64,000 nucleotides of DNA from an uncultured Gemmatimonadales bacterium (GTDB lineage: Bacteria; Gemmatimonadota; Gemmatimonadetes; Gemmatimonadales; Gemmatimonadaceae), in NCBI GenBank assembly GCA_963707505.1, contig CAVPQB010000004.1, positions 1,184,001 through 1,248,000 on the forward strand, given 5' to 3'. The translations under genes and the position numbers were made by a program. This document shows, piece after piece, positions 48,674 through 61,529 of this stretch (its first letter is position 1; every line of letters begins with the position of its first letter). Under the pieces are notes generated by a model. That model did no database searches, was not told the DNA's origin, and was given only the letters and a program-made list of their open reading frames with translations.

Positions 48674-49826
48674 TTTCGCTCACTGCATCACGGTAAATGT
48701 GAGCGTAGCGCTCGGCAACACTCTCTGGTGAAAAACGCGCCAGTGCAGCCACCCTGCCCGCCTTTCCGAGTCGTTCACGAAGCGCCGAGTCCTCCACGAT
48801 TCGTTCGACACATATGGCCAGGGCATCCACATCTCCGGGAGCGACGAGTGCGCCAGTGACGTCGTTCTCGATCACATCGACGAGTCCGCCTGACGCGAAT
48901 GCGACCGGCGGCGTTTCGCACAGCTGCGCTTCGGCGGCGACGAGCCCGAGGCCCTCGTCGATGAACGGCGCGATGAGCGCCGCGGCACGCGAGAGCAGCT
49001 GCGGCAGCTCACCATGCTTTACATGCCCGCGCCACAGGATCCGATCGGCCACTCCGAGCTGACCGGCAAGCTCGATCAACCTGGCCCGGTCGGGCCCGTC
49101 GCCGATCACGTCGAGCACTATGCTGCGCTTCATCGACGCGAGTGCGCGGATCGCCGTTTCGATTCCCTTCTGCGCAGAGAGACGTCCCACGAACACGATC
49201 CGGTTGGCGTCCCGGTCGCCGGTGGGCTCGAAGAGCGATGTCGCGACGGGCATCGGAGCAACTACGGGTGCAGTGCGACAGAGTGGCGCCGCCTGCGCGG
49301 CGAGCCAGCTCGAAACGCAGGTGACGCGCGCGGAGCGCTGAAATACATAGCGCGCAAGCGGGCGCGCGGCGGGTTTGTGTTGCAGCAATCGGAGGTCAGA
49401 TCCGTGCGCCGTAGTTACCAGTGGCACACGAGACAGGCGGCTCGCAGTCGACGCCGCGACTCCGTTCGGGAACCACCAGTGCGCATGAACGATGTCGGGC
49501 TTCCATGTCGATGTCTCAGACAGGACAGCTCGAGTTTCCGATACGATGAACGAACCGAGAGCCATCTTCGCCATGACTGATTTCGCGACGTCATCGGCCA
49601 TTGTGCCGCGGTATGCGAGTGTTTCATGAGCGCGCGGTGCGTAACGAAAGCGCCGGACTGTGATTCCCCGAATCACGCTCGTCCTGTCGAGTCCGGCCGC
49701 GGACGGCGCAATGACGCGCACGTCCACGCCGTGTTGCATGAGCGCCGTTGCGAGGCCGAGAATGAACGATCCGGCGGCGTCGCCGTCGAACCGTGGAAAT
49801 GAATGCGCTACGAAAAGTGCTTTCAC
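48663..49826 (-). CDS. Glycosyltransferase family 4
   Basis: VHAHWWFP, FVGRLSAQKG, EGLGLVAAEA. Confidence 0.93.
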   Translation of the reverse strand: MKALFVAHSFPRFDGDAAGSFILGLATALMQHGVDVRVIAPSAAGLDRTSVIRGITVRRFRYAPRAHETLAYRGTMADDVAKSVMAKMALGSFIVSETRAVLSETSTWKPDIVHAHWWFPNGVAASTASRLSRVPLVTTAHGSDLRLLQHKPAARPLARYVFQRSARVTCVSSWLAAQAAPLCRTAPVVAPMPVATSLFEPTGDRDANRIVFVGRLSAQKGIETAIRALASMKRSIVLDVIGDGPDRARLIELAGQLGVADRILWRGHVKHGELPQLLSRAAALIAPFIDEGLGLVAAEAQLCETPPVAFASGGLVDVIENDVTGALVAPGDVDALAICVERIVEDSALRERLGKAGRVAALARFSPESVAERYAHIYRDAVSENAK

Positions 49827-49829
49827 GCC

Positions 49830-50795
49830 TCAGCGCAGCGAGTCCGTATCGCGACCGACCAGCTCTTCGACGCGTCTCCGCAATTCGGCGATCTCGGCGC
49901 GCTGCGCAGCCATGAGCTCCGCCAGCAAACCAGTTGCAAAAAATACACTGCCGAGCAGCAGACAAACCTCCACGAGCGTGAGCAGAGGCCGGAAACCAAC
50001 GCCGGCGATGATGCGGTACAGTACGGCGACGATGCCGGTCAGCACTCCGATAAAGAAGAGCCCCGCGCCAAGTATGCCGAAGAACAACAACGGCTTGCGT
50101 GCGAAACGCAGCTCGAACCAGACCGCCAGCATGTCCAGCACACCCACGGGAATCCGGCTGAGACCAAACTTGGATTTTCCCGCCATGCGTGGATACAGCG
50201 GGATCGGTGTCTCGCCAACTGTGAAGCCGCGATGTGCCGCGACGACGATCATGTATCGATGCCAGTCCGGACGAACTGGAAGGGCGGCCATCACCTCGCG
50301 CCGGTACGCCTTGACCGAATTGAGATCGCGCACCGGCACGTCGAACAGCTTGCGGCTCAGGCCGTTGTAGATACCCGAGACGAATGCCTTTTCATACTCG
50401 CCTTCCTTTCTGCCGGTCATCATGTCGAACTCGCCAGCGAGAATGGGCTCGACGAGTTTGGGAATGTCTTCGGGCTTGAATTGCAGATCGGCGGGGTAGA
50501 ATACGAGCACGTCTCCGCGCGAGTGGACGTACCCCGTGCGCAACGCATCCGCGATCCCGCGACGGGTACGATGTCTCACGGAGCGCAGAAACGGATATTG
50601 TGATTCCAGATCAGCGAGAACCGCCGCGGTCGCATCTGTCGAGCCGTCGTCGATCACGACGACTTCGTACTTGTCAGGCTCCGCGGCAAACACTTCCGCG
50701 GCCTGGCGCATGAACTCCGGTAAATTCTCAGCTTCGTCCTTTGCCGGGACGAGCACGCTCACCCGCGGAAGCCTCGCCGCCGGCAGAGACGTCAT
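49830..50795 (-). CDS. Glycosyltransferase family 2 with two C-terminal TMs (GtrB/ArnC-like)
   Basis: VPAKDEAENL, DDGSTD, ADLQ, HRY, PRMAGKSK, two C-terminal TMs. Confidence 0.9.
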   Translation of the reverse strand: MTSLPAARLPRVSVLVPAKDEAENLPEFMRQAAEVFAAEPDKYEVVVIDDGSTDATAAVLADLESQYPFLRSVRHRTRRGIADALRTGYVHSRGDVLVFYPADLQFKPEDIPKLVEPILAGEFDMMTGRKEGEYEKAFVSGIYNGLSRKLFDVPVRDLNSVKAYRREVMAALPVRPDWHRYMIVVAAHRGFTVGETPIPLYPRMAGKSKFGLSRIPVGVLDMLAVWFELRFARKPLLFFGILGAGLFFIGVLTGIVAVLYRIIAGVGFRPLLTLVEVCLLLGSVFFATGLLAELMAAQRAEIAELRRRVEELVGRDTDSLR

Positions 50796-52255
50796 ACGCG
50801 CTTGCGCATTCGCGCTGGAAGCACGCCGAGCTGATCGCGATACTTGGCAACGGTGCGACGAGCGATCTGAACGCCGCTCTCGCGCAGGATGTTGACTATC
50901 GCCTGGTCGGTGAGCGGGTGCTTGGGATCTTCGTCCTCGACGAGCTTCTGAAGCTGCGCCTTGATCCCGCGCGCTGAAACGTCCTCGCCGTCGGCGGTTG
51001 CGAGGCCGGACGAGAAGAAGAACTTCAACGGCAGCACGCCGCGCGGGGTCTGCACGTACTTCTCGTTCGTCACGCGGCTGACCGTCGATTCGTGCATGTT
51101 GATCACCTCGGCGACCTCGCGAAGAGTGAGCGGCTTGAGGAACTGCACGCCTTTCTCGAAGAACTCGCGCTGACGCTCGACGATGTAGTTCATCACCTTG
51201 AGCATCGTCTGACGGCGTTGCTCGATCGCCTGGATCATCCAGTTGGCCGAGTTGAGCTTGCTGGAGATGAACTCCTTGTTCTCGCCGTCGAACTTCTTCT
51301 TGTCGCGCGCGATGTCCTGATATGCCTTGCTAAGCTTGAGACGCGGAAGATTCGCGTCGTTCAGAAACACGTGATACTGCTCGTCGATCTTGTCGACGAC
51401 GAGATCCGGAATTATGTAGTTGTCCGAGCGGGTGCTGTACCGCAGACCAGGTTTCGGATCCAGCTTGGCGATTTCATCCGCTGCGGCCTGCACATCGGTC
51501 GCACTGATCCCGAAGCGCTTGGAGATCTCGCTCCAGCGGTGATTGATCAGCTCATCGAAGCAGTCGCGCACGAGACGGTACGGTACAGACTGCTGAAGGC
51601 CAGCCTCGCGAAGTTGCAGCAGCAGGCATTCCTTGAGATCGCGCGCGGCGATTCCCGGTGGATCCAACGTCTGGACAATCGCGAGCATCTCTTCGCCTTC
51701 GGCCTCGGTGTACAACATGCCTTCGCCGATCTCACGGCCGGCCGCCTCGGCGGCACTCCGCGCCATATCGTTCAACGCTACCACGATCTCCGAGACCGAC
51801 GCGGCGAGATAGCCGTCGTCGTTCACATTACCGATGAACTCGTCTGCGATGAGCGCCTGCCGCGGGGTGAGCTCGAGCAACGCGACCTGATCGCGCAGAT
51901 GATCGCCAAGGTCGCGCGTGCCAACTGTGATCGGCTCGAAGTGCTCACGCTCCTCACGTTCCTCACGATGACCACCGGTGTCGAAGCCGTCGAGAAGAAT
52001 CTCTTCCCAATCGATCTCGTCCTTCTCAGGAGTCTGCGGCTCCTCTACAGCGGTCTCCGCGGCGTCTTCGGTCTCATCCTCCTCTTCCTCGTCGTCTTCG
52101 ACGAGATCGAGGAACGGGTTGTTCAGCAGCTCCTGCTTGAGATGCTGCTGAAGGTCAAGGAGCGGCATGTACAGAAGATCCATCGCCTGATACAAGCGCG
52201 GATTGATCTTCAGGTCCTGCCGCATCTGAGTGGACTGGCTGAGGCTTGATCTCAT
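50792..52255 (-). CDS. rpoN: RNA polymerase sigma-54 factor
   Basis: MHESTVSRVT and RpoN box ARRTVAKYR. Confidence 0.99.
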   Translation of the reverse strand: MRSSLSQSTQMRQDLKINPRLYQAMDLLYMPLLDLQQHLKQELLNNPFLDLVEDDEEEEDETEDAAETAVEEPQTPEKDEIDWEEILLDGFDTGGHREEREEREHFEPITVGTRDLGDHLRDQVALLELTPRQALIADEFIGNVNDDGYLAASVSEIVVALNDMARSAAEAAGREIGEGMLYTEAEGEEMLAIVQTLDPPGIAARDLKECLLLQLREAGLQQSVPYRLVRDCFDELINHRWSEISKRFGISATDVQAAADEIAKLDPKPGLRYSTRSDNYIIPDLVVDKIDEQYHVFLNDANLPRLKLSKAYQDIARDKKKFDGENKEFISSKLNSANWMIQAIEQRRQTMLKVMNYIVERQREFFEKGVQFLKPLTLREVAEVINMHESTVSRVTNEKYVQTPRGVLPLKFFFSSGLATADGEDVSARGIKAQLQKLVEDEDPKHPLTDQAIVNILRESGVQIARRTVAKYRDQLGVLPARMRKRV

Positions 52256-53472
52256 ACGTGTGCTCCGGTGCCGCCGCCTGCAAACCGTTCGCGAAGGCGA
52301 GCGGTCAGCGTGGGACCCAAGTAAATCTTCGCGACTGTGTCGTCGAAGACCAAGTCACGAACCGTGCCGGAAACCTTCACCTGTCCGTCGAACATGATGT
52401 AGGCCCGATCCACGATATCGAGTGTCTGCTCTACGTTGTGATCGCTGATCAGAACGCCAATGTTTCGCTGCCGCAGTCCCGAGACGATCGTCTGGATGTC
52501 GTGGACAGCGATGGGGTCCACGCCGGCAAACGGCTCGTCCAGCATCATGAACTTGGGGTCGGTGACGAGGGCACGAGTTATCTCCAGTCGTCGCCTTTCG
52601 CCTCCCGAAAGTGCGTACGCCTTGCTCTTGCGCAGCCGCTTGATACTGAGCTCGTCGAGCAACCGTTCCAGCCGTTCTTCCCGCTGAGACGGCGACAACG
52701 GCAGCGTTTCGAGAATGGCGAGGATGTTGTCCTCGACGGACAGCTTGCGGAAGATCGACGGCTCCTGCGACAGATATCCAATGCCCCTGCGAGCGCGCTT
52801 GTACATCGGCATCTCGGTGATGTCCTGACCGTCCAGCTTGATAGTACCCTCGAGCGGCTGGATCAGTCCCACGATCATGTAGAAAGTCGTTGTCTTGCCG
52901 GCTCCGTTCGGGCCCAGCAATCCAACGATCTCGCCCTGGCGGAGATGCACTGCGACGTCATTTACCACCTTGCGCCGCCGGTAGACCTTTACGAGCCCTT
53001 CTGCCTCCAGCGTACTCCTGCCGGGGCTGCGGTCCTCAGGCGCGATCTGTCCGGTGGCGGGACGCGGAAACTCTCCCGTCTGGCGCAACATGTCAGCGAC
53101 CTGCGCGCGCAGCGGCGCTATGTCGCTCCAGAGGCTATCCGAAAGTCGGATCTTGGTATAATCGCCGACATCGCCCGGCGGGATTATGACGACCTTGTCC
53201 GTTGCAAGCCGAGGGAGCACCCAGGTCGTGAGGTACGCTCTGACTTCGTCGAGACTAAGACGTCCCGCTTCATGCTGTGCATCCTTGCCTTCGTCACGCA
53301 ACGTTCGGAGATATTCGTCGCGGTATCCGATCGCGATGTCATTGAGCGTTGCCGAACCCGTGTCATCAGCGCACCGGACGAGCGCTTCGAGCGCCAGCAC
53401 CGACGAGCGCTCGTCCCCGGCGGCGTGCGAAAGCAGCGACGCGATCACGTCGGAATAGATCGGGGCCGTCAA
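52252..53472 (-). CDS. lptB: LPS export ATPase LptB with ~150-aa N-terminal extension
   Basis: GPNGAGKTTTF, GIGYLSQEPSIFRKL, LSGGERRR, LDEPFAGVDP, SDHNV; between lptA and rpoN. Confidence 0.95.
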   Translation of the reverse strand: MTAPIYSDVIASLLSHAAGDERSSVLALEALVRCADDTGSATLNDIAIGYRDEYLRTLRDEGKDAQHEAGRLSLDEVRAYLTTWVLPRLATDKVVIIPPGDVGDYTKIRLSDSLWSDIAPLRAQVADMLRQTGEFPRPATGQIAPEDRSPGRSTLEAEGLVKVYRRRKVVNDVAVHLRQGEIVGLLGPNGAGKTTTFYMIVGLIQPLEGTIKLDGQDITEMPMYKRARRGIGYLSQEPSIFRKLSVEDNILAILETLPLSPSQREERLERLLDELSIKRLRKSKAYALSGGERRRLEITRALVTDPKFMMLDEPFAGVDPIAVHDIQTIVSGLRQRNIGVLISDHNVEQTLDIVDRAYIMFDGQVKVSGTVRDLVFDDTVAKIYLGPTLTARLRERFAGGGTGAHV

Positions 53473-54869
53473 TGTATTATCCCCCGGCGCGGCGCCGGTG
53501 GCCTGAGCGTCTTGGGCGTGGTGGGCTTCTTCACGACTGTCGTATCGACCGCTTCGACGTACACGCCGCTCGCCTTGTCACGAACCTTTACCGTGTCGAT
53601 GCCGCCGTTGAGGAAATTGATGTCGATATCCTTTCCGGTGACGTAGTTGACTCCAGGTCTGTCCTTGAATTTGTCGTTCTTGACGTGATAGTACGCACGC
53701 GCGTTGGTGCGCGAAAGTATCGTCTTGACCGGCGGCGTGTGCGCGCTGTCGGCGCGCGCGACGGTGTCGAACGTTGCAATCAGCGTATCGCCCCGCATCC
53801 AGTCGCGCTCGTCAGTCTTCATCGTCGCTGTATCCGGAACGCTTGTCGCGTAAGCATTGCCAACCGAGATGATCTCGTGGATCCGCTGATTCGGAAGGAG
53901 CGCGTCTATTGAATCAGCCACGATGTCACGATCCGGTGATGTTGCGTGCGCGCGCGTCCTGCCCCACGCCATCGCGCGCTCCAGCTCGTTGTTGCGCACC
54001 CGGAGGTCGACCGAGTCGGCGTACAGTTGAAGGTCCTGGCTCGTTGCATGACCATTCGGTGTTGCAACCACTCGATTTACCAGCCGGTTTCGCGAAAAGA
54101 CGTCGATCACCCCGCCCGTAAGCGTGAACGGCCGGCTACGACGAGCTTCGACGCTCGGCTTCTTCATGAGCCGCGCCGTTCCGGATCCCTGATCCATGAA
54201 GGCCGAGTCCCCGGTGGCGAACAGCTGCGGGCGCGTGATGCGGACGTCGCCGCCCGCATAGACGAGACTGTCTGCGACGCTCGTGATGCGATCCGCAACG
54301 ACGTCCACCGTGTCGCTCGGCTTGTGTGTGATCGTGTCGAGCTGCACGACCTTCAACTTCGGCCGCCCGGTGGACACTAGAATCGCCTCGGTGCGGATGG
54401 GTACCACGGCGCGGTAGTAATCAGCGACGGGACCTCGCATGGTACTCCCACTCGCCATCACTGCGTACACATTTCCCTCAGCCCGGATGTGTTCCTCCTC
54501 CATCCAGTAAGTCATGTGATCGGCATCAACCTTGGCGCGTGGGTCGCTATAGTGAACGTTGCCGATGAGATACATCAGCCGCTGGTCGCCGTAGTACTCG
54601 GTGCTGTCGGAAATCAGCGTGACATCCTGTCCCTGACAGCGCGCGATCGAGCCGCCGCCGACATACGTATTGCGCTCGCCGCTCGGCAACTTGACGCTGT
54701 TGAATCGCGTAGTACCGGCGGTCGAGCCTTCGATCTCGATGACACACTTGCTGCCGGGTGCCGGTCCGACGCGCTGCGCAAGCGCACTCCGCGCGAGCCC
54801 GCTCTGCGCAACGCACAGAACGCCAAACGCCGAGAGCAGCGCGAGAACTGATTCCAGGCGTCGGTTCAT
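53469..54869 (-). CDS. Long LptA/OstA-like periplasmic beta-jellyroll protein
   Basis: Signal peptide; repeated GNV/GDV and ADS/GDS beta motifs; between lptC and lptB. Confidence 0.75.
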   Translation of the reverse strand: MNRRLESVLALLSAFGVLCVAQSGLARSALAQRVGPAPGSKCVIEIEGSTAGTTRFNSVKLPSGERNTYVGGGSIARCQGQDVTLISDSTEYYGDQRLMYLIGNVHYSDPRAKVDADHMTYWMEEEHIRAEGNVYAVMASGSTMRGPVADYYRAVVPIRTEAILVSTGRPKLKVVQLDTITHKPSDTVDVVADRITSVADSLVYAGGDVRITRPQLFATGDSAFMDQGSGTARLMKKPSVEARRSRPFTLTGGVIDVFSRNRLVNRVVATPNGHATSQDLQLYADSVDLRVRNNELERAMAWGRTRAHATSPDRDIVADSIDALLPNQRIHEIISVGNAYATSVPDTATMKTDERDWMRGDTLIATFDTVARADSAHTPPVKTILSRTNARAYYHVKNDKFKDRPGVNYVTGKDIDINFLNGGIDTVKVRDKASGVYVEAVDTTVVKKPTTPKTLRPPAPRRGIIH

Positions 54870-55435
54870 CAGTGAGTCGGGATGAGCACGGCGCCGCCGG
54901 ATCCGGACAGCACCTTGAGCACGTGAACGTTCTGAAGATTGGGATCCGACCGGAACCCAACCCCCTGCAGGCGCCTGTCCGGCTCGGTGATCACGAACGC
55001 ACTATCACTCGAAATCTCGTTCCGGCTCTGATCGTACTTCAATTCCTCCGACGTGAGGTGACGCCCATCCTCCGAGTTCACCACCACGTTCCCTCGCGCC
55101 ACCATCTGGCCGGTATTGGTGTGATACGTCCCACGGCGTGAGGTCAGCACCGCGCTCTTTACTCCAGCGGTCGTGAAGAAGGTGGAATTCACGTGCATCA
55201 GCTCGACGCGCGTGTTGTCGTCAAAGAAGTACGCCGTATCGGCGACGAGCTGGGCATGCATCACGCCCTGATCGGTAAGATTGAACTTCGCCCCATACAT
55301 CACCTGACCTGCGGAATCCGCGAGCGCTGAGCGCGCGGAGAGCGGCGGGGTAGTCTTGTCGCTCTTGCATCCGGACGCGGCAATTGTCGCCACCACAAGG
55401 GCGGTCGTCACCGTCTTTCCCGCGCCAAAGGTCAA
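54869..55435 (-). CDS. lptC: LPS export protein LptC
   Basis: ARGNVVVNS, LTSEELKYD, ISSDSAF, GVGFRSD; lipobox-like ASGC; position after kdsD. Confidence 0.85.
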   Translation of the reverse strand: MTFGAGKTVTTALVVATIAASGCKSDKTTPPLSARSALADSAGQVMYGAKFNLTDQGVMHAQLVADTAYFFDDNTRVELMHVNSTFFTTAGVKSAVLTSRRGTYHTNTGQMVARGNVVVNSEDGRHLTSEELKYDQSRNEISSDSAFVITEPDRRLQGVGFRSDPNLQNVHVLKVLSGSGGAVLIPTH

Positions 55436-56390
55436 GCCACCCCCGCGCGCATGAGATCATGCAGGTGCACCACGCCGACCAGCGATCCATCCTTCGCTAC
55501 GACCGGCATCGCCATGATGCCGTGCTCTTCCATGCGATGCACGGCGGCGCTCCCGAGCTCGTCAGGATCCGCAACTCTTGGAGACCGGTTCATCACGTCG
55601 GACACGCCTACGCGAAGTACATCCATCTCGCGCTCCATCAGACGCGTCAGATCGCCGGCGGTCATTATGCCGCTCACTCTTGCTGCGTCGTCGATGATCA
55701 TCACGATGCCCCGCCTCTCGGCCAGCTCCACGATCGCCTCGCGTACCGTCGCCGTCGGAGGGAGCGTCGGCAGCGAGTCGGTCAGCATCACATCGCGAAC
55801 GCGCGTGAGAAGCTTGCGACCCAGCGCGCCGCCAGGATGAAAGCGGGCGAAGTCGTCTGCCCCGAATCCCTTCTCCTCGAGCAGCGCGACTGCGAGCGCG
55901 TCACCGAGCGCGAGCGCAACAGTGGTACTCGTCGTCGGGACGAGCCCGTGAAGACAGGCTTCCTCGCGGACCCACGCGTCGAGTGTCTCGTCCGCGTGCG
56001 ACGCCAACGTCGATTCCCGATCACCCGTGATCGCGATCGTCTGCACGCCAAGTCGTTTGAGATGATCCAGCAACGGCAGCAACTCGTCGGACTCACCACT
56101 CTTCGAAATGAGGATCGCGACGTCCGCCTCTCCCACGATTCCTAGATCGCCGTGGATACTGTCTGCAGCGTGCAGAAAAACCGCCGGTGTTCCTGTCGAT
56201 GTGAGTGTCGCGGCGATCTTTCTTCCGATCAACCCCGACTTGCCGACGCCACACACGATCACGCGACCGTGCGCCGTAGCGATCATCTCGACGGCGCGCA
56301 CGAACTCGTCGCCCAGCCGCGACTCGGCCTCGGCTATCGCCTCAGCTTCGAGCCGGAGAACGCGACGGCCGCGTGCTACAACGTCGGCCT

Positions 56391-56412
<22 letters not shown>
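55432..56412 (-). CDS. kdsD: Arabinose-5-phosphate isomerase (KpsF/GutQ)
   Basis: GVGKSG, STGTPA, HGDLG, FHPGGALG, CBS pair. Confidence 0.97.
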
Positions 56413-59631
<3,219 letters not shown>

Positions 59632-59676
59632 CGCGGGCGAAAAAATGGGGGGCTGGACGCAACTTTCACGCCACCA

Positions 59677-59705
59677 AAGTTACCATTTGCTGAGTGGTGG
59701 CGCAA
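59677..59705 (-). promoter_or_regulatory. Putative sigma70 promoter of the kdsB operon
   Basis: Minus strand TTGCGC-17 nt-TAACTT with TG extended -10. Confidence 0.5.
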
Positions 59706-59729
59706 AGGGGAGATGTTGACAGCGTAGCA

Positions 59730-59747
59730 ATCGAACAAGTGTTCGAT
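59730..59747. promoter_or_regulatory. LexA (GAAC-N4-GTTC type) SOS-box-like palindrome
   Basis: ATCGAACA-AG-TGTTCGAT, intergenic, 8 nt downstream of TTGACA (59716-59721). Confidence 0.65.
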
Positions 59748-59825
59748 ACCCTTGTGATCCCGCCGACGCTCTGGGACGAGGACTCCCGACCAACTCGGCC
59801 GCTTCCAACTCGGCCCCTCCCGTAC

Positions 59826-60957
59826 TCACGGCGCGAGCGAGATTCCCGCGCCGAAGTCGGATTTGTGGGTTCTTGGATTTATGACGTAGTCGAGCGTAAA
59901 GATCGATAGGCCAAGCCGCGCTCCGATGTTCTGAGCCGGACGCCCAAATCCTCCCACCGCCGCCGCGCCCATCGTAAAGTGCGGAGCTATATACGGGTTG
60001 CCCAGAATCGGGACCTCGATGCTGTTGATCGGAATGGCGTAGAGAGCGTCGAGAAAGTACAGATGGTCACCCCCCATGTTCAGCATGTCGACCGTCGCCA
60101 GCGATCCCGACCCGCCGACATACGCGTACCGCTGGCGGGGTGTGAACGAGCTCGTAGCGGTAGCGACGAGATGCCCGCGAATATCGAGGTGTTGCCCCGC
60201 GACAGTCTTGATACTCGCACCCTCGTCGAGCGTGAGCTGCTGGAAATTGCCGCCGAGCGGCGTCTTCCCGGCAGCCTCGATCAGCACATCCACCAGGAGC
60301 GGATGCAGGAAGCCCTGCGTACTCCAGATGTCCGCCCGCAATCGCCGACGTGATGTGGCCTGCATCTATCTCGGGGTTCGGGCGCTGGACCCCGTTAACC
60401 GTGTCACTGCGGTTGAGAATGCTGAAGGGACCGTTGTTGCTGCCGCTGCGCCACCCTGTGGACCAATCGCGCTCGGCGCGCGCTCCGACAAATATTGTAG
60501 CGGCCTCGATGTCGACCGGGAGATGCAACGACGAGGTGAGGCGAGCTTCGCCCCGATCCCCGCGGAAATAGTTTCGCGAATCACTGCCGAGGCCCAGTGA
60601 GGTGAGAGAGTTGATGATATTCGCGCGGATCCAGCTGTCGTTGGTAAACGTGCCCCGTGATCCCGTTAGCGCGAAGCCTATGCTCGAATCAGCGGTGAAC
60701 TGTCCAACTATCGAGAGTGACGGATCGATCTTGCCGAGGTGCGAGCGATAGGTAATCGCCGGACTCACGACAAGCCTGTCGTCACCGACGTTGAGTGTCG
60801 GGGCGAACGGTACGGACAGTCCGTTCACACGATTGTACGTGGGCAGGTTGTCGAGCGTCAACGGGAAGTCGACAGCAACCTGCGCGTGTGCGAACGGCGC
60901 AATCATGATGACTGCCGCGAGTGCAGTCAGTACGCGGGTCAGCAGCGATCGGGTCAT
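59826..60957 (-). CDS. Exported probable outer-membrane beta-barrel protein (frameshift near 60300)
   Basis: ATG overlaps the trpG stop; signal peptide ending AHA-Q; YNRVNGL motif; amphipathic strands continuing in a second frame. Confidence 0.65.
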
Positions 60958-61529
60958 CGGGTAAGGTCCAGGAAGTTGCGCAGCAACTGCTTGCCTCCGT
61001 CCGTGAGAACGGACTCGGGATGAAACTGCACTCCGTAGACAGGATGCTTGCGATGCCGCATCGCGTGAACCTCTGTGCTGTCGTCGTCGCTCCAGGCGGT
61101 AATCTCCAGATCGGACGGAAGCGAGTCCCGATCCACCGTCAGCGAATGATATCGCATCACCCGCAACGGATCGGGAAGGCCGGCAAAAAGCCCAGCTCCA
61201 TTGTGCCTCACCTCCGATGTCTTGCCGTGCATCAGTCTGTTCGCGCGAACAACGCGCCCGCCGTACGCGGCGCCGATTGCCTGCTGGCCAAGACATACAC
61301 CAAGTATCGGAATCGATGATCCGTAGGTGCGAATCACGTCCAGCGTAATGCCAGCCTCCGCGGGTGTCTTGGGACCGGGCGATAATACTATTGCCGTCGG
61401 CCCGAGCGCCCCAACCTCGGAGGCCGGAATCTCGTCGTTGCGCCGCACCATTACCTCGGCGCCAAGCTCGCCGAGATATTGAACGAGATTGTATGTGAAG
61501 GAATCGTAATTGTCGATTACGAGGATCAT
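60954..61529 (-). CDS. Anthranilate/aminodeoxychorismate synthase component II (TrpG/PabA)
   Basis: [31 protein letters not shown]. Confidence 0.96.
   Translation of the reverse strand: MILVIDNYDSFTYNLVQYLGELGAEVMVRRNDEIPASEVGALGPTAIVLSPGPKTPAEAGITLDVIRTYGSSIPILGVCLGQQAIGAAYGGRVVRANRLMHGKTSEVRHNGAGLFAGLPDPLRVMRYHSLTVDRDSLPSDLEITAWSDDDSTEVHAMRHRKHPVYGVQFHPESVLTDGGKQLLRNFLDLTR

Noticed and set aside
51092..53646. Long plus-strand ORFs (385 and 466 aa) opposite rpoN and lptB, and similar shadows elsewhere
   Set aside because: Antisense shadows typical of GC-rich coding DNA; no recognisable motifs
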